From Patescibacteria group bacterium (GTDB lineage: Bacteria; Patescibacteriota; Microgenomatia; UBA10105; UBA927): 64,000 bases of DNA. Made by a program: the position numbers and the translations under genes. Each line of letters opens with the position of its first letter. Position 1 is the first letter of the stretch. The notes under the pieces were generated by a model. The model did not search any database and was not told the DNA's origin. It was given only the letters and a program-made list of their open reading frames with translations. Where the stretch lies: the NCBI GenBank assembly GCA_003545435.1, contig DPYI01000025.1, positions 19,701 to 83,700 on the forward strand, in the 5' to 3' direction. Below are positions 1 through 9,028 of this stretch, piece after piece.

Positions 1-273
1 AAAACGGTTATATTCTATGCCTCCTACGTGCGCTGCAAGATTCATGATTATATCCTGATTTTTGCAGGCCTCCCTTGCTGTTTCTCTATCAGTACAATCT
101 CCTTTGATAAACCTTGCTGTGTCTTTTAAATATCCGATATTTTTTACTTTTCCGTCACGCATCATATCCAGAACCGATACGGAGGCGCCAAGCTTTACTA
201 ATTTCTCTACGACAAAACTTCCGATAAAACCCGTTCCTCCTGTTACCAATACATGCTTATTTTTCCAAAACAT
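1..273 (-). CDS. NAD-dependent epimerase/dehydratase family protein, N-terminal 91 aa only (gene continues beyond window start)
   Basis: Reverse-complement of 1..273 translates MFWKNKHVLVTGGTGFIGSFVVEKLVKLG..., a Rossmann GxxGxxG motif typical of SDR sugar epimerases/reductases; ATG at 273..271; no stop before position 1. Not in the supplied ORF track because it is truncated. Confidence 0.6.
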   Translation of the reverse strand, partial: MFWKNKHVLVTGGTGFIGSFVVEKLVKLGASVSVLDMMRDGKVKNIGYLKDTARFIKGDCTDRETAREACKNQDIIMNLAAHVGGIEYNRF

Positions 274-285
274 AGGGAGTTTTTT

Positions 286-1461
286 TTAAGAAAATATTGA
301 AATCAATGTTTTTATTTCCTTATCCGTCAATTCGGGATTATTTCCGAAATACAATCCCTGTTCATGTGCGATATTTGCATTTGTAGGTATGTCGCGTTTG
401 GCACCATTTACGTATTTTAGATAAAACGGTTGTTTGGTCATGTCCCCTCCGACGATAGGTCGTATTTCTACGAGTCCGTTACATTTTTTTACCAGGTCAT
501 CCCGTATCTTTTGAGTTCTACAGACAATAGGTACAGCAAAATTGGATACAATGTCCATGTGATCATAGCGGATGGGATAATACTGTGCGGTATTTCCGTA
601 AATAATCCTCGCTATGGCGAAAAAATTAGATTGACGTTTTTTTACAATCTGGTCAAGATATGACAGCTGAATATTTCCGACAAATCCCTGAATTTCCGTT
701 GTACGTAAATTGTATCCCAGATCATAAAAGGTATATCGTGAATAAAATGTCTCATTGACATGATGTTTGATGCGGATTTTCAGCTGTCTGTCTTGGGTAA
801 GATTCCTGTCCCATCCGTGAGCACGGACAAACTGCAGCATGGTCTCAAGTTCCGTGTTATCAGTACACACCGCTCCTCCTTCTATCGTCGACATGTGATG
901 ACCTACATAAAATGAAAATGTACTGGCCAGACCAAAATTTCCCAGTTTTTTCCCTTTATAAACCGAGCCGAGTGATTCGCAGTTATCTTCTATCAAAAGA
1001 ATGTCTTTCTTTTTACAGATTCTGTATATTTCATCAATGTCATCACAAAAACCAAGTAAATTCGTCAGAAATAACATTTTTATGGGATGCTTCTGGATCG
1101 TTTTCAGAAGAATTCGGGAAGAAACATTCAGCGTGTCAAGCGCACAATCAATGGGCACAGGTTGAAGCCCCAATTCAATAAGCGGCATGACGTTTGTAGA
1201 CCACGTGAGAGCTGAAAAACCGACTGCATCTCCCTTTTTAATTTTTCCCAGGTTAAGAAGTGCCTGAATGATAGCTAAATTTGCACTGCTGCCGCTGTTG
1301 ACAAATACGCAATGTTTCCGTCCCTGATATTTTGCAAAATTATGTTCGAATTTTCCGCATTCTTTTCCGATACTTAGCATGTGTGCATTTTTTATAAAAA
1401 CACACAGTTTCTGTTTTGTATTCTTTTCGTTGTAGAAGGTTGATTTGATAAGCTTGATCAT
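286..1461 (-). CDS. DegT/DnrJ/EryC1-family PMP/PLP-dependent sugar-modifying enzyme, ColD-like 3-dehydratase candidate
   Basis: 391 aa. VNSGSSANLAII is the DegT fold. The active-site segment FSFYVGHHMSTIEGG has His-His where aminotransferases carry the Schiff-base Lys, as in GDP-4-keto-6-deoxymannose 3-dehydratase (ColD, ~388 aa). Also RAHGWDRNL and IRPIVGGD motifs. Confidence 0.75.
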   Translation of the reverse strand: MIKLIKSTFYNEKNTKQKLCVFIKNAHMLSIGKECGKFEHNFAKYQGRKHCVFVNSGSSANLAIIQALLNLGKIKKGDAVGFSALTWSTNVMPLIELGLQPVPIDCALDTLNVSSRILLKTIQKHPIKMLFLTNLLGFCDDIDEIYRICKKKDILLIEDNCESLGSVYKGKKLGNFGLASTFSFYVGHHMSTIEGGAVCTDNTELETMLQFVRAHGWDRNLTQDRQLKIRIKHHVNETFYSRYTFYDLGYNLRTTEIQGFVGNIQLSYLDQIVKKRQSNFFAIARIIYGNTAQYYPIRYDHMDIVSNFAVPIVCRTQKIRDDLVKKCNGLVEIRPIVGGDMTKQPFYLKYVNGAKRDIPTNANIAHEQGLYFGNNPELTDKEIKTLISIFS

Positions 1462-1494
1462 AAAAATCTAAAATACTGAGCTTGCCGAAGTATA

Positions 1495-2655
1495 TTACAA
1501 AAGACCTCTGAATGCATCGGTAAAAATATGATCCCATCTATATTTCTTTGCAAATGCTAACGCATTTTTCCGCATTATTTCCATTTTTTTCTTATTTTTT
1601 AACAGTGAAACGACTGCACGCGCTAGACACCTTTTATCATACGGAACAATCAGAGAGCATCCCGTTTGAAACGATTCCTCGGCAATCGAACCCACATCAG
1701 TCATAATAACCGGCAATCCGCATGCAAAGTACCTCTTTATTTTCCCCGGTTCTGTATGGGTAACAACAGTGTTTGTTGGCGTATATGAAGCGATACCAAG
1801 AGCGGCCTTTGCTACGCGTTTGTCAGTCGTGTCGGGATCTTCTATGTAGCCAATAAATGTAACATGCTTCTCTAAATTTTTCTCTTTTATCATATGTTCA
1901 AGAGACTTCCGATATGGCCCTTTGCCAATGAGTGAAAAATGAACAGAAGGGACAGCGGGAATGATATACTGCAGGGCTTCGATCACCAGCTGAATTCCCT
2001 GACCTTCGACAATTGACCCCAGATACATAACTTCATTTAAAGAAAGGCGTTTTGGTTTTTCTCTATCATATCTTACCCTGACACCATTCGGCGTCACCTT
2101 CTGATTTGGAAATATTCTCTTCCATCGGCTGGTCCGGGCAACTATCATCTGAGGAGCATAATTCCAAGTAGCATCACAAAACACGGCACACCAGTAATCA
2201 AGCCGATGATAGAGAGCGTTCATGAGTGCATGTGAGAAACGCCTTGGGATATAGTCAATCACATAATAAATACACTGGTTAATTTTTCCCGCCATTCGAA
2301 GGAATAATCCGTTAAATGCATTGAGATTTCCCAGTCCGATATAGTAATCGATTTTCCCCGGTACAGAGAGGGTCCAATAGAGAGTAACGATACTGTCTAT
2401 CCCGTACGCAATTGCTTCCGGAAGAAACGACGTTGTTGGTGCCGTACTTTTTTTTATCATTCTGCCGGATTCATACCATTCCCTATAGGATGATCGAACA
2501 CTATTATCCTCCATGGATCGGTTCCGATGTCCGATAAAGACAAGGGTTTTAATGCGACGAGAAAGTAAAAAATCCCTTAGTTCATGCGGCGGACCGAACA
2601 TCGCATCATGACAGACAATAACAGTGGTTTTTCCTCTAAAATCAGGTTTTTTCAT
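1495..2655 (-). CDS. Glycosyltransferase, GT4-like (GT-B fold)
   Basis: 386 aa soluble protein; C-terminal GYIEDPDT...GLPVIMTDVGSIAEE resembles the GT4 EX7E region; 4-nt overlap with the downstream gene. Confidence 0.55.
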   Translation of the reverse strand: MKKPDFRGKTTVIVCHDAMFGPPHELRDFLLSRRIKTLVFIGHRNRSMEDNSVRSSYREWYESGRMIKKSTAPTTSFLPEAIAYGIDSIVTLYWTLSVPGKIDYYIGLGNLNAFNGLFLRMAGKINQCIYYVIDYIPRRFSHALMNALYHRLDYWCAVFCDATWNYAPQMIVARTSRWKRIFPNQKVTPNGVRVRYDREKPKRLSLNEVMYLGSIVEGQGIQLVIEALQYIIPAVPSVHFSLIGKGPYRKSLEHMIKEKNLEKHVTFIGYIEDPDTTDKRVAKAALGIASYTPTNTVVTHTEPGKIKRYFACGLPVIMTDVGSIAEESFQTGCSLIVPYDKRCLARAVVSLLKNKKKMEIMRKNALAFAKKYRWDHIFTDAFRGLL

Positions 2656-3881
2656 GAAGCGTGCATATCAATAAATTTTTGAAAGACTTTTTTCATATAA
2701 ACGATATGTTTTGGAGTTATTCCAGGATAGACGCCGATCCAAAAGCCGTTGTTCATAATCAAATCAGAATTATGTAATGTACCGGCAACACGGTAATCTT
2801 TTCTTTTTAGATACGCCGGATGTTTCAGGAGATTACCGGCAAAAAGATTCCGCGAACCTATTTTGTGCTCCTCCAGATATTTCACCAATTCAAGCCTCGT
2901 AAACGGCGCGTCATCTTTGACGACCAACATAAAACCAAACCAGCAAGGATCAGCTTCTTTTTCCCACCCGGGAAGTATAAAATACTTCTCGTGTTCCTTG
3001 AAAAAAATATAGAAATCTTGAAAATTTTTTTTCCGTTTTTTGATAAATTTCGGAAGCTTCTCAAGTTGAGCTACGCCAATCGCTGCCTGAAAATCCGTAA
3101 GCTTCACATTGTACCCGATCTGTGAATAAATATATTTATGGTCAAACCCTTTCGGAAGGTTGCCTAATTGCCAGTCAAATCTTTTGCCGCACGTATTGTC
3201 GTATCCTGTGTCGCACCAGCAATCCCGCCCCCAGTCACGGAATTGCCTAACGGAACGGTGAATAAGAGGATTATTGGTAACTACCGCTCCTCCCTCGCCC
3301 ATGGTGATCTGATGCGCCGGATAAAAGGAAAATGTTGCTACTGACCCGAACGCACTTACCGGTTTCCCGTTATATTGTGAACCTAACGCGTCACAGCAGT
3401 CTTCGATAAACCAGAGGTCATATTTCTTTACAAGCTCCATAATGCCCGCCAGCGGCAAGGGATTCCCTAATGTGTGTGCCAGCATAATTGCCTTTGTCCG
3501 TTTTGAGACAGCTTTTTGAATCATCTCGACAGTTGAATTTTTTGTAAGGATGTCCACATCGATAAATACCGGAATACACTGGTTTTGTACTATAGGATTG
3601 ACAGTCGTTGGAAACGCGCATGCTGCGGTAATGACTTCATCCCCCGGCTTCAAAGCCCTTTTCCCAAATACGGCCGATGTTAGAGCGGACAAAGCTAACA
3701 AATTTGCAGATGATCCGGAATTCACTAACGAAACATATTTGATTCCGATATAGGAAGAAAATTCCTTTTCAAACTTTTTTGCAAACCGGCCTTCTGTCCA
3801 CCATCCGTCACGTGCTGCTTGTATTGCGTTTGTTACTTCCTTCTGATCAAACACTTTACCGGTTGCTGGAATGTATTTCAT
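2652..3881 (-). CDS. rfbH: CDP-4-keto-6-deoxy-D-glucose 3-dehydrase (E1, RfbH/DdhC/AscC-like), PMP and [2Fe-2S] dependent
   Basis: 409 aa DegT-fold protein (VNSGSSANLLALSAL); His replaces the PLP Lys (FSFYPAHQITMGEGG); the cysteine pattern EDCC-x57-C-W-C-DTGYDNT-C matches the E1 [2Fe-2S] motif C-X57-C-X1-C-X7-C exactly. Confidence 0.85.
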   Translation of the reverse strand: MKYIPATGKVFDQKEVTNAIQAARDGWWTEGRFAKKFEKEFSSYIGIKYVSLVNSGSSANLLALSALTSAVFGKRALKPGDEVITAACAFPTTVNPIVQNQCIPVFIDVDILTKNSTVEMIQKAVSKRTKAIMLAHTLGNPLPLAGIMELVKKYDLWFIEDCCDALGSQYNGKPVSAFGSVATFSFYPAHQITMGEGGAVVTNNPLIHRSVRQFRDWGRDCWCDTGYDNTCGKRFDWQLGNLPKGFDHKYIYSQIGYNVKLTDFQAAIGVAQLEKLPKFIKKRKKNFQDFYIFFKEHEKYFILPGWEKEADPCWFGFMLVVKDDAPFTRLELVKYLEEHKIGSRNLFAGNLLKHPAYLKRKDYRVAGTLHNSDLIMNNGFWIGVYPGITPKHIVYMKKVFQKFIDMHAS

Positions 3882-3897
3882 GAGACACCTCTGTTTT

Positions 3898-4122
3898 TTA
3901 TTTCTTTGGTTTTGTGAAATAGGCTTCGATTATCAAAAAAACCATTCCTGTGCAAAGGACCATATATGCAAAGGATCCTATCTTTTCAGTATTTCCAAAA
4001 GGATAGAGAATTGTACACAGCATGGCAGATATCAGGGTAATAAAACCTACAGAAATGCAGGCATCAGTCATTATCCGTACCATGCTCGTCAGATGAATCT
4101 GATTATACCTTACTTTTTTCAT
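3898..4122 (-). CDS. Small hydrophobic membrane protein (hypothetical, 74 aa)
   Basis: Fills the only gap between two minus-strand genes; two predicted TM helices; same orientation as the operon. No recognisable motif. Confidence 0.3.
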   Translation of the reverse strand: MKKVRYNQIHLTSMVRIMTDACISVGFITLISAMLCTILYPFGNTEKIGSFAYMVLCTGMVFLIIEAYFTKPKK

Positions 4123-6331
4123 ATTTTCGACTTTTTACATATATCCATAAAACCGTACCTCCGGCAACGGCAGTCAGAAAAATCCCCGCATAGTAAGAGA
4201 GCTGTGGCTGAAAATACAAAAGAAATGACATGCGCAGTTTTCCGTTGGGCAGTTCTTCAACAAACTCTTTCGAATAGGTCTTTTTCAGATACTCCGGATC
4301 CAGATCCCAGCTGTTGGCCCATCCGTACAGAATATTGTGATTGTGGTCAGGAATCTGTATTCCTTTCCGAAAAATTATACTCTTCCCGTAGGATTTTTGA
4401 GGGATAGGGTACAATTTCCACCATCTGGAATAATTTTCCAGAAGCACTAAAGAGACTGTATCAGAAAAACCCGATATCCGGATGCGTATCTGGACCGGAT
4501 TTTCCCTTTCATACTCAAAAGATAGTGAGGGGTCCTCATCTGCCAGTGATACAAGATCGGATCTGCATGTGTCTTTGACACCATACATGTATATGCCGCT
4601 TTTCTCCTGACCCAATATCTCTTTTGACTGAATGTCGAAAGACGCATCCAGGATTGAGATAATGCTTGATTGAGGAATTTCAATTTTCGTCTCATCAGCA
4701 TAATCTGTCCGTACGACAATATGGGAAATTCCCAATTCCCCAGCTTTTGTACAAAAAGATTGTCCTTCTCGTATGAGCCTCATCAAGGTATTGGTTTGTT
4801 TTTTATACGGAAGGTCCACGGAGTAGCCAGTGGGGTCGGGGCTTATGACGGGAACTTTCCATAATTCATAAATGAAATCAATGCCGGAATACCCGTTCAT
4901 TGACTGATTGAATTTCGGATACACACCGTATGTTCCGGGCAAAAGGAGTATGCGCGTCGCTTTTTCCATTTTCAGCCTATTTCCTGCATCAACGTAATAG
5001 TCTGGTATATGAAATGACGTCAGTCCGCCGGCAAAAATAAAACTATACACCAGCCAGCCGATGCATCCTCCGAACACTATGCCTGCTGTCACTCGTAATA
5101 CAGTTCGGAACCTAGCCATTCTCTCTTCAAAAAAAGCAAGCCCCATCATTGAAAGAGAGATATAAAAGAAGAAAAACTCCCAATAGAATTTGCTGACCGG
5201 ACGTCTGAAAATCTGAAATCCGGGTATGTGTTCATACAAAAACTGAAACATATTTCCCCACGGTTCCCTGACCCCTTTTGAAATAAACACTCCTAAAAGA
5301 AGCAGTCCAAAAAAAATGCGGATACCCGGATTTCTCTGTCTTTGAAAAAGTGCATATCCTAAAAAAACTGTCATGAGGAGAAACAAAAGAGGAAGAGGAA
5401 AGCGGAAATAGCCAAAATAGGAAGGCGTATCATACAGTTGACCTTCAGCGCGCCCTAAAAAAATATTTCCTATTGTCGAAAATCCCGTTGCTGCTACTAC
5501 TCCTGACATAAGCGGATTGGTTTCATACTGCGCATGTGAAAAAAATTGTGTCACGAGAAACGGAATAAGCCACCACGAACATGCTAAAATCATGAGTATG
5601 AATACCAAAATATATCGTTTGACCGTCCGAACAGACGGTATACGGGAAAGAAGAATCGAAAAAAGAGCATATGCACTAAAAATTATTGCCAGTATGTATG
5701 GTACGGAGATGCTGTACGCTGCTCCTGACACAGAACTGAAGAACAGGAGAAAAAGAAGCAAAACTTTTTTGTATGATATGTTCTGTTCTTCCAATATATG
5801 AACATAGAACAACAAAATCCAGGGGAAGAGCGCATACAGAACAAGACTCAGGAAATGACCGGGTGCAATAAGACCTATCGGGTATGGTGAAAATCCATAA
5901 AGCTCCGCTCCGATGAAAGACCAAAAGAATGTTCTATGCTTTTTTAAATTCAACGAATGAACCAAATATTCCTGAAGAAACTGAAACATTGATACCTGCG
6001 ACAGGAAAAGAAGAAGGCTGATAAAAAAAAGAACGCTGAAATGAGGAGACACATGAAGCTGGGATAAAACCCACATAATCACATGGTAGGGAAAAAGCGT
6101 TGATAATTGAGGCGTGCTTTCATACCCTGCCGTATGGAGCGGATCATAGACAAACAGGTGGTTTCCAATCTCATATGCAAGGTCAACCGGAGAAGAAAAA
6201 TCACAGCTCCCTGCGAGGGGGTATATCGCATTGGAGCTTTTCCAGAAAAAAGGAGCCAGTGACAGGCAGGCAAAAAAAACGTATGGAAGAATGTTCTTTC
6301 TGTGTGATAGAAGTTTTGTCAAAAGCTTCAT
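4103..6331 (-). CDS. Large polytopic membrane protein (742 aa), putative GT-C-type glycosyltransferase/polymer-modifying enzyme
   Basis: More than 12 hydrophobic segments in the N-terminal 430 aa, a ~250 aa hydrophilic domain, then a C-terminal TM helix; start overlaps the upstream stop (ATGA). Confidence 0.55.
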   Translation of the reverse strand: MKLLTKLLSHRKNILPYVFFACLSLAPFFWKSSNAIYPLAGSCDFSSPVDLAYEIGNHLFVYDPLHTAGYESTPQLSTLFPYHVIMWVLSQLHVSPHFSVLFFISLLLFLSQVSMFQFLQEYLVHSLNLKKHRTFFWSFIGAELYGFSPYPIGLIAPGHFLSLVLYALFPWILLFYVHILEEQNISYKKVLLLFLLFFSSVSGAAYSISVPYILAIIFSAYALFSILLSRIPSVRTVKRYILVFILMILACSWWLIPFLVTQFFSHAQYETNPLMSGVVAATGFSTIGNIFLGRAEGQLYDTPSYFGYFRFPLPLLFLLMTVFLGYALFQRQRNPGIRIFFGLLLLGVFISKGVREPWGNMFQFLYEHIPGFQIFRRPVSKFYWEFFFFYISLSMMGLAFFEERMARFRTVLRVTAGIVFGGCIGWLVYSFIFAGGLTSFHIPDYYVDAGNRLKMEKATRILLLPGTYGVYPKFNQSMNGYSGIDFIYELWKVPVISPDPTGYSVDLPYKKQTNTLMRLIREGQSFCTKAGELGISHIVVRTDYADETKIEIPQSSIISILDASFDIQSKEILGQEKSGIYMYGVKDTCRSDLVSLADEDPSLSFEYERENPVQIRIRISGFSDTVSLVLLENYSRWWKLYPIPQKSYGKSIIFRKGIQIPDHNHNILYGWANSWDLDPEYLKKTYSKEFVEELPNGKLRMSFLLYFQPQLSYYAGIFLTAVAGGTVLWIYVKSRKYEKSKV

Positions 6332-7260
6332 GTGGGTTTTCGTTGAAATAGCAGCTTTATGACTGCTGAAGCTATCAAATGAACAGATAAACCGTTTTGA
6401 TCATGCATATATTCCTGCAAACCGATTTTTTCCGTAAACCTATCAGGGACACCCATGCGCTGAAAGGGCGTTCCCAGCGATGACTCTGCAAGCACTTCGC
6501 TCACCGCACTGCCCAAACCTCCGATAATGCTATGATCCTCAAGGGTAATGACTGCATGTGTTTTTTTCGCACTCTCGAGAATAAGAGGAGCATCAATCGG
6601 CTTTATTGTATGCATGCTGATGACGCGCACCGAGCAGCTCTTTTTTGCAAGCAGCGCTGCCGCTTCCAATGCCCGAGAAACAAGCGTGGAGGTTGCAACA
6701 ATAGTTGCATCGGATCCATCCTGCAGAATGATCCCTTTCCCGATCCGAAAACGCGGTTCTTTGTTGTAAAGAATTTTTTCTCCGGCTTTGCCTAAACGAA
6801 AATACACTGGTGTGTTCGTTGTCAGCATTGCTCTCGTTGCGAGATGAACTTCCGTAGGATCTCCGGGAGCAATAATAGTCATATCAGGAAGTGTTCTTAA
6901 AATGCCGATATCTTCAAGACTATGGTGTGTGTGGCCGTATGGTCCGTAGGAAAATCCTGCTCCAACGCCGACTATCTTTACATTGAGATTCTGATAACAG
7001 ATGTCGTTCCTGATTTGTTCAAAATTGCGCATTGTCACAAAGGGAACAATGGAATATATAACCGGTTTATATCCTTCCATCGCTAAACCGGCAGCAACGC
7101 CGGTCATATTCTGTTCCGCAACCCCGGCATTGAGATACTGTTTCGGAAGTTCCCGCATAAAGTTCTCGAATGCGGAAAACCCCAGATCTCCTGTTAGGAG
7201 AATAATCCGATTGTCCTTTTTGGCTTCTTCCAAAAGCGTCGCGGCAAATGTATTTCTCAT
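6328..7260 (-). CDS. Transketolase, C-terminal (pyrimidine-binding) subunit of a split transketolase
   Basis: 310 aa; GVAEQNMTGVAAGLAMEGYKPVIYSIVPF and C-terminal transketolase domain motifs; adjacent to the N-terminal subunit. Confidence 0.85.
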   Translation of the reverse strand: MRNTFAATLLEEAKKDNRIILLTGDLGFSAFENFMRELPKQYLNAGVAEQNMTGVAAGLAMEGYKPVIYSIVPFVTMRNFEQIRNDICYQNLNVKIVGVGAGFSYGPYGHTHHSLEDIGILRTLPDMTIIAPGDPTEVHLATRAMLTTNTPVYFRLGKAGEKILYNKEPRFRIGKGIILQDGSDATIVATSTLVSRALEAAALLAKKSCSVRVISMHTIKPIDAPLILESAKKTHAVITLEDHSIIGGLGSAVSEVLAESSLGTPFQRMGVPDRFTEKIGLQEYMHDQNGLSVHLIASAVIKLLFQRKPT

Positions 7261-7268
7261 GGGAGTAT

Positions 7269-8090
7269 TTACGAACCTCTGTCTAATATTTCCATTACTT
7301 CTTTATATTCATCTTCCGTAGGAGGTTTATACTGTGATGAAATCTGATTGACGTGTTTTGCGACTCCTCCCCGCCCTTTTATTGTATGCGCGATGATAAC
7401 TGACGGATTCCCTTTGGTGAAAGGAACGGAAGTGAAAGCGTCAACGAGCTGTGTAAAGTTATGACCGTCAACCTCTCGGGCTTCCCAGCCGAATGCTTCC
7501 CATTTCTCAGCAAACGGCTCCAGGTCAAGGACGTTTTTCGTATATCCGAATCCCTGAAGCTTATTGTAATCAACGACAGCAATGAGGTTGTCGAGCTTGT
7601 GCTGTCTGGCAAACAGAACCGCTTCCCATGTGGATCCCTCGTCGCACTCACCGTCAGAAAGGATTGCGTACACTTTCCATTGTTTCCTGCGTTGTTTTCC
7701 GGCAAGAGCAACTCCTGCTGCCATTGCTAGCCCGTGACCAAGGGACCCCGCCGACGCTTCGATACCAAAACTCACATTCCTCGTGGAATGACCGGCGAGC
7801 AAGCCGCTGTCCATCTCATACCCATCTAACACCCGTCTGTCAAAAAACCCCCGCTGGGAAAGAACCGCGTACAATGCTTTCGCATCGTGTGCCTTGCTGA
7901 AAATCAAACGGTCTCGGTTGTCGTTGGAAGGATCTTTTGGAAATACGCGCATAACACGGAAATAGAGGGCAACCAGTATTTCGACACATGACAGCGCTCC
8001 TCCCGTGTGGGCGCTTTGAGCCCGGAAACTCATCATAAGAATTTGTTTTCGGATTTCTATAGCTATCTTTTTCAGTTGTCCTATGGACAT
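7269..8090 (-). CDS. Transketolase, N-terminal (TPP-binding) subunit of a split transketolase
   Basis: 273 aa; SAHTGGALSCVEILVALYF...GHSTRNVSFGIEASAGSLGHGLAMAAGVAL is the TPP-binding transketolase N-domain. Confidence 0.85.
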   Translation of the reverse strand: MSIGQLKKIAIEIRKQILMMSFRAQSAHTGGALSCVEILVALYFRVMRVFPKDPSNDNRDRLIFSKAHDAKALYAVLSQRGFFDRRVLDGYEMDSGLLAGHSTRNVSFGIEASAGSLGHGLAMAAGVALAGKQRRKQWKVYAILSDGECDEGSTWEAVLFARQHKLDNLIAVVDYNKLQGFGYTKNVLDLEPFAEKWEAFGWEAREVDGHNFTQLVDAFTSVPFTKGNPSVIIAHTIKGRGGVAKHVNQISSQYKPPTEDEYKEVMEILDRGS

Positions 8091-9028
8091 ATGTATCCTC
8101 TTTTTTCTGTCTTTTCCACTATATATGTTGGTCTGGACTTGGTCTCCTCTACAATCACCTGAATATATTTACCGATAATGGATAATGCCAGAAGATTCAC
8201 TCCGCCGAAAAAAACTATACTCACCAATATGGTTACTGCTCCCTTTATCGGATTTCCAAAGAGAAAAAAGAAAAGAATATATATGATAATAAATAGAAAA
8301 GATAAAAATACCAATATCAATCCAAACCATATTAACAGATCAAGAGGAAGATAGGAAAACCCGAATACACTCCGTTGGGCGTGCTGGAAATATGATATGA
8401 GCGAGTATGAACTTTTCCCGTGTATCCTTTTTTTCCGTTCATACGGTATATAGGCTGTCGAGAAACCAACCCAAGCGCGAATCCCCCGGGCAAAACGGTA
8501 TTTTTCGGGCAGATGCATCATGGCATTAACGACTCTCCTGGTATATAAGCCAAATCCGCTGCTATTAATCGGAATATTTACGTTTGAGATGATTCTCATA
8601 ATTTTATAAAAAGCTTTTCGTAAAAACACGATAAGCATCGGATCTTCGAGCTTCGTATAAATACCTATAATGCTATCGTATCCCTCTTCCCATTTCTTGA
8701 TAAATGTTGGCAGCAATTCTTCCGGCTCCTGAAGGTCGCAGGGGTACCAAATAACCGCATCGCCCTTAGTAAAATCAAAGCTGGCCTGAGAAGATGCTTC
8801 GGGGCCGAAATTTCTGGAAAGAAAAACACCTCTCACCGCACGATCTTTCTGTACCAGGCGATGAATTTCGATTCTTGTTTTATCAAGGCTGCCGTTATCG
8901 ACAAATATGTATTCGAAATCATACTTTTTTATTCCACGAATGATCTTTCGCAGCCTGCGGTATGCCTCACCAACATTTTCTTCCTCGTTATAACAAGAAA
9001 TGCCGATGGATATCAGTTGTTTTCTCAT
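8081..9028 (-). CDS. GT2 polyprenyl-phosphate sugar glycosyltransferase (GtrB/ArnC/Dpm1-like) with C-terminal TM helices
   Basis: 315 aa; ISIGISCYNEEENV...FVDNGSLDKT GT2 DXD-type N-domain, plus two C-terminal TM helices as in bactoprenol glucosyltransferase GtrB (~305 aa). Confidence 0.75.
   Translation of the reverse strand: MRKQLISIGISCYNEEENVGEAYRRLRKIIRGIKKYDFEYIFVDNGSLDKTRIEIHRLVQKDRAVRGVFLSRNFGPEASSQASFDFTKGDAVIWYPCDLQEPEELLPTFIKKWEEGYDSIIGIYTKLEDPMLIVFLRKAFYKIMRIISNVNIPINSSGFGLYTRRVVNAMMHLPEKYRFARGIRAWVGFSTAYIPYERKKRIHGKSSYSLISYFQHAQRSVFGFSYLPLDLLIWFGLILVFLSFLFIIIYILFFFLFGNPIKGAVTILVSIVFFGGVNLLALSIIGKYIQVIVEETKSRPTYIVEKTEKRGYICP

Noticed and set aside
62-289. 75-aa plus-strand ORF at the window start
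   Set aside because: It is antisense to a clear SDR epimerase N-terminus (GGTGFIGS) encoded on the minus strand at 1..273, and it has no motif and low complexity.
430-1181. Plus-strand ORFs 430..663 and 912..1181
   Set aside because: They are fully embedded antisense within the strongly supported DegT/ColD-like gene 286..1461.
3871-4407. 178-aa plus-strand ORF
   Set aside because: It overlaps the start of the 742-aa membrane protein and the small membrane ORF on the opposite strand; its composition is Cys/His-rich with no motif; likely spurious.
6328-8090. Calling the split transketolase definitively part of the sugar pathway
   Set aside because: It could equally be the organism's sole pentose-phosphate transketolase that happens to lie in this operon. 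It is reported as a hypothesis in the findings rather than as a feature annotation.
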